A DNA stretch of 64,000 nt, from NCBI RefSeq assembly GCF_018977255.1, contig NW_024704765.1:7998001-8062000 (forward strand), given 5' to 3'. Below the pieces are notes generated by a model. That model was not told the origin of the DNA, made no database searches, and saw only the letters and a program-made list of their open reading frames with translations. Shown here piece by piece: positions 21,751-32,900 of the stretch (its first letter is position 1; every line of letters starts with the position of its first letter). Origin of the DNA: Callorhinchus milii. Lineage: Eukaryota. A program made the position numbers and the translations under genes.

Positions 21751-23145
21751 TTACTGGTCAACAAAGAATAGGGTCGAACTAGGTTGAACCTCCAGCCAAG
21801 GGTTTGATATGGTACAAGTGAAGTGAGTTCCTTGAGACACTGAAACGGTCAGGTCACTGGAGATATCGAAATGACCGTTTGTCAGCTTGATGGATGTCCT
21901 GGAGTGAGAGGTGACATCTTTATCATTGTTGCTCAGCCAACGGATGCTTCCAAGAGGAAACCCACCTTCCGTGTAGCAGGTGAGCAGTACGTTGCTGTGC
22001 TCCTGAACTTCCGGGTCAGTGGAATACTTGATGGTTGGTTTGCTGTAAGGCGAAGCCACTCGAAGCTCCAGAAAAGCCTCGCCCATCAACTCGTTGCCTT
22101 TCTTGACCCTGCAGATGTAGTCCCCCATGTCATCGATCGAAACGTTCGCCAGCTTCAGGTCTGCTGATCCGCGAAGGAAGTTCTCCCAGGAAAGCGAAGC
22201 TCTCCCTGCGAACATTGGGTCTTGTTCCTCCAAGTGTTGCTTCTCATTCACAAAGGAGTAGGCCAAGCGTTCGGTCATATTGAGGTCCCTGTTCACCCAG
22301 TAAAACCCCAGCTCAGCAATGGTGACCGGGTCATTGCTGGGAATGTCGATATCGCAGATGAGGAGCACACTTTTCCCGCGTATTCCCAGTATATCCTTGA
22401 TTGGGGTCTGCACGGTGATCCCGGGCACAGGGACCACCCAATCCACTAGTAGATTTTCAATGTACTTGTTCCATATGCTACAGGTGTACCTCACCCCTCT
22501 CTTGGCTTTGACCATCACAGAAGTCCTCACCAGGATTTTGTGATCGATTGAGTTTCCCATCATGATGTTGGCCTTGTGGGTGATGTCGTTTCCAGCAGCG
22601 AGCCATTGGACAAGGGGCTTGGGAAACCCTGTGCCTGCCTGGCATGTTATTTGGATGTGGTCCCCTTCCACTGGCTTCTCTGGCTCGAAGCCCATGACAA
22701 TCTTGCTGAATGGGACGCATACAAAGAAGGTGAACGCACGCCGTTTTATCCCGTTCACGTAGCAAATGTATTTGCCCGTGTCTTCGATGGCGGTCGAGTC
22801 AATGTTCAAGATGGAGACGGTGGAGTTGAGAAAGCTGCCATGCAACCTTGGCTTGATCCTTTCGCTCAGGTATTGGACTGTTTCTTCGTTGGGACTGATG
22901 GAGTGGTGGAGAACCCTCTCCATGCCCTCGTTGCCAAAGCTACGCTCCCATTCGATTTCGAAGACTCCTGTAGCTGACTTAACCTGACTGAAATCACAAG
23001 CTGCTTGAAGCTTGCTCCCCTCCAGGATTCCCATGGATGTATCTGCTAATTTTTCAGACCGCCAGTGTGATTTTCCCAATGCCCTGCTTCCCAGGCAGGT
23101 TAACAGATACAAAAAATGCAGATAGGAAAACAGAGGTGGCCTCAT
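21751..23145 (-). CDS. Single-exon B7-family (CD276/HHLA2/butyrophilin-like) protein, 464 aa: signal peptide + IgV-IgC-IgV-IgC, no transmembrane segment
   Basis: Uninterrupted ORF with in-frame TGA 9 codons upstream of the ATG and A at -3. Hydrophobic leader (LFSYLHFLYLLTCLG). Four Ig domains with intact Cys/Trp: AACDF..EW..DTGKYIC; ITCQAGTGFPKPLVQW..YTC; LICD..FYW..DDMGDYICRV; LTCYTEGGFP..IRW..FTCTISNP. Motifs FAGRASL, GSADLKLANVSIDD and ASPYSKPTI are typical of B7 V/C domains. Sequons NST, NMT, NVS. Confidence 0.9.
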   Translation of the reverse strand: MRPPLFSYLHFLYLLTCLGSRALGKSHWRSEKLADTSMGILEGSKLQAACDFSQVKSATGVFEIEWERSFGNEGMERVLHHSISPNEETVQYLSERIKPRLHGSFLNSTVSILNIDSTAIEDTGKYICYVNGIKRRAFTFFVCVPFSKIVMGFEPEKPVEGDHIQITCQAGTGFPKPLVQWLAAGNDITHKANIMMGNSIDHKILVRTSVMVKAKRGVRYTCSIWNKYIENLLVDWVVPVPGITVQTPIKDILGIRGKSVLLICDIDIPSNDPVTIAELGFYWVNRDLNMTERLAYSFVNEKQHLEEQDPMFAGRASLSWENFLRGSADLKLANVSIDDMGDYICRVKKGNELMGEAFLELRVASPYSKPTIKYSTDPEVQEHSNVLLTCYTEGGFPLGSIRWLSNNDKDVTSHSRTSIKLTNGHFDISSDLTVSVSQGTHFTCTISNPWLEVQPSSTLFFVDQ

Positions 23146-23225
23146 ATTCCACCGCGGCAGTTCTACCTTTCACTGATTACTTTCCACCTCTGGAATTTTA
23201 CCATTCAGTAGCTTCCACTGTTGCC
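23146..23225 (-). other. Putative 5' UTR part of the B7-like exon, preceded by a splice acceptor
   Basis: ctatgcttattttcag|GGCAAC at 23226/23225, 80 nt upstream of the ATG, with a TTTGAC branch-like sequence upstream. Contains a short out-of-frame uORF. Confidence 0.5.
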
Positions 23226-25061
23226 CTGAAAATAAGCATAGTTGGGTTTGGGTCAAAAGTCACCTTTTTTTTTGGTGGTGGAGTGGTTGGGGGGGTGGGG
23301 GGAGAGATTTTCCAGTATTGGGTCAAACCACCACAGGAAACAATAATAATTATTTTTGCCCTATTTTCCAGGCAACAACTTTTATTTGCACAGAAATATT
23401 AGCCATGGCCCTCGTAACAGATTTGATGCGATAATTAGATGGAGTCTGTTACAGAATGTCGCGTTTTTCCCCTTCTTGGTTATTGCACTTTGTTGTTCTT
23501 TGATCCCCTTATCGGCCACTCATTCGGATGTCCTTGGCGAGTGTTGGTTGGGTCTGCACGTTGCTTTGATACCCAATTCCAGTCCCTTTCAGAGATGCTA
23601 TCTCCCACTTAAGATCTCTCACCTGACGGAAGAGATCTAGAAGATCGCAGGTTCTGGTGACGGTCACCATTGCGCTGGTCCAGTCAGTACATTGCTTTAC
23701 ACCACATGGAACTGTCATGGACACTGTGAGATCACTGAACAAGATTGTTCCATCACCGAGACCGAGCCTTCCTGTGCTGTGATCTCACAGTGCTTTGGTG
23801 TGGGTCACGGCAGAAATGGCATGGAACCCAGATTAACACACAGCCCAGCTCCAAGCCAGAGCTGCACCCTAGCCAACCTCACCCCACGTGGGACCTAGCT
23901 GAAGCAAATGACCATCACCATAAACCTACAAAAGCATCCACTCATAGCCAACCATTCTCCGCTCAAGCATTTTGAGGCATTTTGTTGTCATTAAGGAACT
24001 GTAAAAAGAACACAGGTTATTCTGAAAATCTGCCCCAAAACAACCGAGCACTTCGGAACTATACCTAAGAAAGTACTACCTTCAACAGACAGGCAAGTCT
24101 GGATATCCGAATAAACATAAATAAAATAAATAAACTGGCTATATATATATAAACAAAGTCTAATTAACAGTAGAATCACGTTTGACATAATTTTGCTAAA
24201 TATGTTTGCTTATAAAGCAGCTTCATCATTCTCAGCAGCGTTGCCAGAGGCAGTGAAGAGAAATGTGCTGAAGTTCTCTCCGAGTGCCATTTGGGTAATT
24301 ACCTCGTTGGGCGCTAAAACAAATGCCACTATTCATAATTGTGATGTTTTGGTATTCGGGCAATAATTAAGTAACCATACGGACTCCAGAGAGAGAAGGA
24401 CCCTCGTGCCTTTCTCTACTCTCTTCCCCCACCAACGCCCCCCCCCCACACCATCACCATCACCTCCGGGGCAATTTGCATGTTAATTATCAGGGTTGCT
24501 GATGGCTTAGAAACAGAGAAACAAGTTATAAACAGCTTTAATTAGCAGCTTAATCATTTTTTTTTACAAGGAACTGCGAGGCACTGTGCTGGATTCATTA
24601 GTATGCGTGCAATTAATTCAGATCGGCTTGGATGCTCATGTTTAGCGCAGAATACAGAACTGAGCTGAGAAGGAGAGACTGAGTAAACACCCCCATCCAC
24701 CTCACAAAGTATTTTGTATTCTCCTTTAAAGACCCAGGAACACAGCACCAGGAAAGGCCATTAGGGCCAGTTCCAAAGTATATATATATATGTATGTTAA
24801 AAAGTCCTCTATTTCTCATTCTTCCTTGAAGTTCTCTGCCTTATTATGTGGCTTGTATTTTACTGCTACGATCTGCTTCTCTGGGTTGCCCATTCACAGA
24901 TTGGTGCTGCGTTGTGGGCAAACTCAGGGTCCTTTAACCTCAAGACTCCTAAATCTGAATCACGCCCCTACTGATGAGGTGGGAATTGGCATGCGGAATT
25001 GGGGCAGTCTTAATCCAGCTCTCCTATTGAGCAAACCTCGACAGAAGCAAAACAAACTGCC

Positions 25062-25075
25062 GTTACGTTGGCAAT
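25062..25075. promoter_or_regulatory. RFX X-box-like motif
   Basis: GTTACGTTGGCAAT vs consensus GTNRCCNNRGYAAC. Nearby CACGCCCC GC-box (24961) and ATTGG boxes. Confidence 0.35.
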
Positions 25076-25519
25076 CTCGCTCCGAAAGGCTGCAGCAACA
25101 GGAATGACGCAGTACATTTAACCGCGGGACAAAGGTACATTATTGAGATGGAACTGAGAGAGCTTGACCCGCAATCTTAAATCCTGACCGGAGATTTAAA
25201 TCGTAGCGTCAAGACCGTTGCCTTGAAATTCAAGACCACGCAGAATTTTTTTTTAAAAATTAAAAATTCGGTTCAATAAAATTCTTTGCTCACTCCGCTC
25301 GCTGAATTCAAATTGGCTGCCCAGAAAATACACTGGTTTATTTATTTGTATGTGTGTGTGTGAGTGTGTGAGTGTGTATACACTAGTTTGCCTCCAAACT
25401 GATCAACAGCCAGTTAGCGGCTTGATCTGGATTTCAATGCGATGGCCTAGCCAGGTTAACCTGTCCGTCACTAGCGCTCTGGGTCGCTACCTTGCGTGAC
25501 GGGCGCGAGATAAATGCGA

Positions 25520-25533
25520 GTTGTCATTGCAAC
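25520..25533. promoter_or_regulatory. RFX X-box-like motif in a CpG-rich patch
   Basis: GTTGTCATTGCAAC, 2 mismatches to the GTTGCCATGGCAAC palindrome. Local CpG enrichment at 25440-25620. Confidence 0.45.
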
Positions 25534-28500
25534 TAAAGGCTTTTGTGTCAGTGACAGAAAGTGCGCAGCAGAGGGCGATGGTACACTGAGATTGGGAACG
25601 AGTTTCGCACGAGTCCTTATTCCTGGACAAGGGCTTGGGGTTCACATCAGCTCAGACGCAACACAGGTCGAGAGAAAGGCAGCTATTACCGCAGTTAGTG
25701 GTAATTTCTTTTAAATGTTAATGGGTTTACCAAGGTTTTCGGAATACATTCGTGCTATTCACTTCACCCTCGGTAATTGGCACACGGACTCAATCGCACA
25801 GCTATTGACTCATTTGAAGATAATTTTACTCCGAGACACTTCTGCAAGAACTTTACTTTGGGATTGCAATCATATAGAGAAATAAGTGCTTTAAAGTCGG
25901 CCTTACCTCCCCCTCTGGGATAATACTAACAATCCTTGCATTGCCCTTTTCATGTCAGGAGCATGTGTCAAAGTGCTTCGCATGTGCGGTGACTCTATAT
26001 CTGTAGATGATCTTAATAGCTAATTTGCACACAGTGATGTCTCCACAAAACATAGCCACATAAAGAGAGAATAATTTTAGGGAAGAGAAGAGGTGAGAAA
26101 CCAGTAGGGTTCACACAATTCAGTGACACCCACCCTTATCCACTCCTCCCTCTCTTGTGGTCAGAAATTCCAACTAATCTTAGGCTTCCGACCGTTGTGT
26201 TTCAGGTTTTACGATTAAATGCAACTCTCAGCTGTGGAGGCTGAATTCAGGGAACGTTTCCAGAGACCAGCATTGAGCACAGTTCAGAGCAGAAGAAATT
26301 CCGAGCGAGCCGAGCGGAATCGCAACAGGATTCCTCACTAAGGAATCCCACAAGTTGAACCTCGTTGTTGGCAATTTTTGAGGCAGCAATGAGCAAACTG
26401 CCGATGGGCCAGATGGGCTGTTTTGGGCTGTATCATCCGATGTAATAAATAAATGATAAGTGTTTTTTCTTAGAAAGCACATTGTTTAATTTAAAACCCA
26501 AAGCACAGGACTTACATCATTATATTAGTTGTCGGATACAGTGTAGTGCGTCCACATTGTGAGGCTTTCTATGTTTTTCATTACTGCATAATACCATAAT
26601 ACTTCAGTGCAAATTAATCTTCAACACGTGTTCCTCATAAATGCCTATAAATCCTTGGCTAATAGATTACTCACTTTGAAGAGTTCAAACTCTGCTGACG
26701 GAAAGGGATGTCACTGTGTTTCTCTTTCCCGAACGCCCAATATTCCAGAATCCTGGATTTCCCCCCTTTTAATTAAAACAGAGATGGGAGGGACCTCCAT
26801 GNTTTTTTACACACATACACCATATATCTATATAAAGGTTGTTCACTTTATGGCTGTTTGCAGGATGTTGCTCTAAGCAAACCATTTTTTCTACATGGTC
26901 AATACCCATCACACTAAAGATCAGTGAAGCGCTTTGAAACATGTCTGTAACGGGATAAGGCGCTGCATCAAATGCAAGGAATATTGTTTTTTTTCCCCAG
27001 ATCCAAGTTACAGAAACATTTAAGTGGAGACATGGCTCAATTGACACCAAACTCTCTAGCCGTGGTGGCCCACCTATTTGGTCGACCAACAAAATACATT
27101 TTCTTGATTGAATATCTCTCAAATTATGTCGTTAATCAAGAAAATATTCAATCAAGGAAAAAATTTGGAAACAAAACATTGATTTGAAACAGATTCACCT
27201 AGACTTGTGCGAATGTTAGGCTCTGGCCCATGGCCATGGGTTGGCCACCACCGCTCCATAGCCTGCCTTGAATTATCTGAAGCTACATAGAACCTTACAG
27301 CGTGGAAACAAGTCAATCTGTCCAACTAGTCAGGTCTGGTGTTTATACTCTGCATAAGCCTCCACCCCTCTATTCCCCTCTACTCCCTTTCCCCTCATTT
27401 CGCCCACAAAATATAGCCAATTCACTTTACAGTGTATTCTGTGAAGCGCTTTGAGACGTCGCGAAGACGTGACAAGGCGCTATATCAAATGCGAGGATTA
27501 TTATTGTTATAATTATGTATCAAGCTTCCTCTTGAATACGTTGACGCTTTCTGCTTTATGGAAAGGTGCGTCACACTCTCACCGTCCTCTGCGTGAAGAA
27601 GTTCCTTACTGAACTCCCTCGCGAGTCTGAAGTTTGTTATTCTGGTATTATTTCCCCAATCCCATTTAGTGCCTCACATTGCTTGACAAATGGCACTTCT
27701 ACAGGAAACAAAACTGTTGAACGGGGTTTATTAATGTTGGTGGCTGACTGTGCTTCGTATCAATACACTGCATTAAACCGCTTGACTATCAATCTGACAT
27801 CAATCGAGTGAACATTCAATTAGTCCTGCGTCCCTTTATTATATAAAAAAATCAGGCAAATAAGGATTTTTTTGGGGGGGGGATTAAATAAATTCATTCC
27901 AGCGTTTAATGAGCACCAACTATAAGGCAATGGAGTGGAGAGAGTAATTTAATTTTTTCATTAAATAGAATTATAGTTACTTACTGGAGGCTACGGCACA
28001 GTTAATTGAAAGGAAACTATTTTGTCTTAATTTACTTCCGTAGTTATGAATTACAGTTTGCCAGGCAGAAATGTATTTTTGAAAGAAAGGGGGGGGGGGG
28101 GTCGAAAGGAGAAAATTGTTGAAAATTATACTTTAAATTCCCTCCCCTCCCCCTGTCTGATATAAATATTAATAACGACAATCCTTGCATTTGATATGGC
28201 TCCTTATCGTGTTGTTGGAATTCTCAAATTGCCTGGTAGAGGTTCCTTGAGAGGTGTAGTGACTGTGTAATTAAAGGGAAGCTCTGTTGACCGGACTGAG
28301 AGGTTCCAGGTCCTGCATTAAGTAGATCTCATTACCCCACTTTGCTTGGGAAATTCCATGTGTAGTTGGGACACCTATGACATTGAACTCGCAAGGTTAG
28401 GCTGATGCTTCAGAGCGCTGCTGAGGGGTGGGGGAATGTTATCCTTCGAATGAGATGTGAAACCAAGGACCCATCTGTGCCCTGTTCAAGTGGACAACAT

Positions 28501-29085
28501 CTCATTCAGACACACTCTGCATTTGTTGGGATATGATCACGAGAGGTTGAGTTGAAAAGGGTTCTTCGACTCATTTGATCTCACCTTTGCACAACCTTCA
28601 CCCTCTCAATTTTTCTGCCTCTCTACCTCTTCCATTCCTTCTTGCCTTGTTCTATAAGGAGCTCCAGTTAACACATAGCTCCCCNCCCCCCCTCCCAATG
28701 TAAACAAGAAGGACAACTCCACTGTTCAAGTCAATTATTTTGAAAATGCAAGAGAGCGTGTGTGGCAGGAGGCCAGGATATGATATCATTGGTTTTAATG
28801 GGTTAATCAGAGAAAAAATATTCAACGCAGGCATTGTCTACGACCAGCCAAGAGACTGAAGCGAGTGATTGGGGGGAAGGGGAGTGTGTTTATGTGTGTG
28901 CGTGTGTGTGTGGGTGGAGGGGGTAGAGTGTGGATAATAGGGGTGGAAGATGGGGGAAGAGATTTTTTTTTACACAAACCGAAGGGCCGTAATTCTAAAT
29001 TTTTCTACAAACCATTTGAATATTCCATTGTCACTTTGTCCCCCACCTCTACTGGGTCTCCCTCCATCTCCCTCTTTTCCCCCCT

Positions 29086-29118
<33 letters not shown>

Positions 29119-29784
29119 CTCTCCCTCTCCCTCTCTCTCTCTCCCTCTCCCTCCTAATGCAATTAAAGTCCATTTGAAGCACTCTGGGATTTAACATTTG
29201 TTATTTTTGTAACATTACATCGCGAAAACGTGAAACCCATTTGGAAATAAAAGGCAGGCAGCATTTCAGTACAGATACAGCGCGATAACATTCTTGTTTC
29301 AAAGCTTATATGATGAAATTCTATATTGAATAGATCTCGATCTCGGGAGGGAGAGGGTTGGCGGGCGGGCGAGTGTGGGGGTGGGTGGTGGAAAGGGGGA
29401 TATTTAGGGGGTGAGATGGGGGAAGAGTAAAGATGGTTGTCCAAACATGAGATCACAGCGATGCTTAATCCTGCAAGATTTCATTTTGAGAACGTCTTTT
29501 ATGTGGGTTTTTTGCTCACCAAAGCTCCGGGATGAAGAAATTACCCTCGCACCCATTGCCAAGCAACGAGCAAGGCAGAAGGAGCAAGAAATTGAGCACC
29601 TGTAACGACTCAAAAGCTTTTACTGTCAGGTACAAACACAGAGGCTAATTGACTTCCAGCAAGACGCCACAAACAGAGATAAATGACCCATTCGTCTTGG
29701 GGATTGTCAGCCAAACACCAGAGAGAGAGAGAGAGAGAGAGACTGCCTTCTCTTTTCCAATAGCTCTTTAATGCGCAGATGGGA

Positions 29785-29990
29785 CCTTGGTCTTAATACT
29801 AATCGTTGCATTTGATACAGCGCCTTATCGCGTCTTCGAGACGTCTCAAAGCGCTGTAAAGTGAATTGACTATATTCTGTGGGCCAAACACGGCAGCCAA
29901 TTGCGCACAGCCGTGTCCCACAGACAGTCGTGGATTGAGTGACCAATCTTATGTCTTATCTAAAGAACGGTACCTCTAACAGTGAAGCTC
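29785..29990 (-). mobile_element. SINE 3' half
   Basis: GCATTTGATACAGCGCCTTATCGCGTCTTCGAGACGTCTCAAAGCGCT...GGCAGCCAATTGCGCACAGC on the plus strand. Confidence 0.8.
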
Positions 29991-32900
29991 TCTCCCGGTT
30001 ATTCTATTTGGTTCGGTTCAAGGCTGTGACCAGCGCTGCCTCTTTGCACTTGCTCCGTCTCTCATTAGAGCAAAGCTGCGAGTGATTGCATCGCAGCTAA
30101 AGATCGTATCAGTACTGACCCTAAATAGACCCCAGTGTATATCACTGAAGAGCACGAGGATATTCAGTGGCAAACTGTTGAATATGCAACTGATCTGATC
30201 AGAGAGGAAGACCTAATAATAGCTCACAGCTTCTTCCAAGGCCAAATGATAACTCTCTCTCACATTAAAGAGCTGCTTCAGCAGCAAATGCCAGGCCAGG
30301 CCTGTTGTGTCTCCTAAAATTGCCAGTCACCCACCTGAACCTACGACCCTTGTTCTCCTTCCTTCAGCAGATCTGATCGCGTTGGTCCACGTTTACTTTC
30401 TCCGTCCTGTTAAGAGAGAAAAATTAGGGTTTTTTGCAGCATTGCGAAATGTATTCTCAAAGAGCTTCACAAGCACTTCACAGTTGCCAAGTCTGGTGGT
30501 CTTGCAGGGCAAACACCAAAGGCGATTTGCTCACAGCAACGTCCCACAAACAGTAGCTCGGGTTCTGAGATTTCCTGGGGCACAGGAAGCGCCGCAGGGA
30601 ATCTCAGAATATAAACAGACCCAGAGCAACAAAAAGTATTGAGGGGCGTCTAACACTTTGTTCCTTTGGGCCAGGAAGAGCCTGATGTGCGGGAGGAGAA
30701 TCTAGTTTATTGTTTGGATCGAGCGGTTTGCGATCCGCTCCCCCATTTGCTGCCGTTCACCCCACCGGGTTCTTCCACCCCCGAAAGGCTATTAACACCA
30801 TCGCTGGGTTCCCTCGCTCCAAGACTCGACCGCGCAGGCTCGAGGAGAGTCCGAGACATACCTAGGACAGTCCAACGCTGATTTGGGCTCGAGCCCCAGG
30901 ATGTCTGGGAACGCTAACACGTGATCGGTTGTCGTGGAGTTTGACGCCACACAACACTGGCTGCGTACAGTGGTAGCAGCAGCGGCTAGTTTATGCTGCG
31001 TCGCACTGCCAGACTCTCACTCAGTCAGTGGACTCACAGAGAGACAAGCTGCCTGTGGTAATGGGGAACAGATTCGTTACAGCAATGTTCAGGCGGAGTG
31101 TGATGGCAAAGGCTGCCAGGTCCATTTCCTGGCCAAGTGTCTGGGACGTTCACAAGCCTCTCAAAAAACAATAGGGAGATGATTATAATCATAATCCTCA
31201 CGTTCGAAACAGCGCCTGATCACACTGTCGAAACATTTCAGAGGATTTTCATGGGTCCGTCAATAAATTTCTGATCAATAGTTAATGTTTCCAGCATTTT
31301 TAAAATGATTTATATTTAAAATGTCCCATTAATTAACTGGGAGGGAGGGAGGGAGGGAGGGAGTGAGCTAATTTACCTCTCTCCTTCTCTCAGAGATTCC
31401 AGTTAGAATTCCTGTCAACCTATTGGGAATCTCCGCTCTGGAAGCAACCCTTATTAATAGCCCTCTCAGTTGAAACAGCGCCTCGTAACTTGAGTGGATG
31501 TCTCGAAGCTCTTCGCTGGGATGTCTGTGAAGAATGGAGATGGTGCGTTTTGCAGGTGATCGACTGAGCCAGACTGAAACACACCATCACCTCAGAACGG
31601 ACATCAGCTCTCTGTCACTGATCCGGAGTGGACAGACCGGGAGAATCCTCGCTGGAAGATTTGAGGCCTGAAACTCCTCAGGAGTTTTAGCGTGAGGAGT
31701 TTTCGGCCTGTGTCCCTTTAGTGACATTTCGACCATTGAACCACACTGAGAGATGAACTCTGGTTCTCTCACTCCCAGTGCCCCAGTGCCTCCCTACTCC
31801 TTTAACATTTAGTGACTGGTTTTCCAAAGTGACAACGCCTTCCTTTGGCGACCAAGATATTTCAGCATTGAAAGTCCTGTTCCTCCTCTTTATATGGAGT
31901 GAGGCTAAAACAGAACGCTAATAGGACCCAATCATTTCCCTTTTCCCAACTCTTCCCGTTAGTAATCGTGCATTCGATACAGCGCCTCTAACGTTCGCTT
32001 ACAAAACGCACAGTCACTACACTTCGCATTATACCCCTGTGAAGTGCTTTGAGACTCCCTCCCGGCATGAAAAGCACTGTATCGAATGCAAGAGTTAATA
32101 ATTATTATTGACATATCTCCCAAAACGACTTAGAGTGATTTCTGTAAAAGTGTAGTGACTATGTATTTTGTCGGCAAACTCAGCAGTCAATTAACACACG
32201 GAAACTTCTGGCAAACACGCAACCAATGGGGGATCGTCGGCCAGGACATCGGGAGAGAGAGTAACTCTCGTTTCTTTTCCAATCATGTGACAGAATCTTT
32301 AACATTCACCTGAACAGGTACAGGTGGGAAGCTCGGTTCCGAGTCTCACCTGAAGGACGGCATCTGAAAAAGCAGTGTTTCCCCCCCCGCACCCCCCTCA
32401 GCTCCAAGCCCTGATGCGGTGAGGGGGTCGGGGGAAGTGTTCAGACGAAGAACTTTGCCACAGTTTCTCAAATCTCTTTGACTTACTTCAGGACAATCAG
32501 GCTACGACCAGGTGGAATTTCGGGCCTAGCCTTGCAATGTCAAGAGCCACACTCTTCTCCATTACTGTTTACATAAATGCACGCATAGGTTACCGTGATA
32601 TTAAGGCTGTAATGCTGTCAATTCCTTGTTATCCCGAACCTAATCTACAGAATCCTCGAGAGGTAACTGTAGACACGGGGGGAAGGATTGATAAGATCTA
32701 TTGAGCTGTAGTGAGGAGAGGAACTTGCAAGGATGGAGTTAATAATGTCATCTTAGAAATGTATCTGGCAGAAAGGAATGAGAAATTGAATAAAAGAGAC
32801 CGGTGTGACAATAATCAGGACCATGTGGGCACCCTCAGACAAGGATTAGGCAGTGCTCGCTCGCACTGAAGATCACTTTCAATTAGATGAGCTCAAGGCG

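Noticed and set aside
23500-23760. Possible coding exon upstream of the B7-like ORF (..TRTCDLLDLFRQVRDLKWEIASL..)
   Set aside because: Looks like a decayed CR1-type ORF1 coiled-coil fragment, and the in-frame stop just above ATG 23145 excludes a continuous N-terminal extension.
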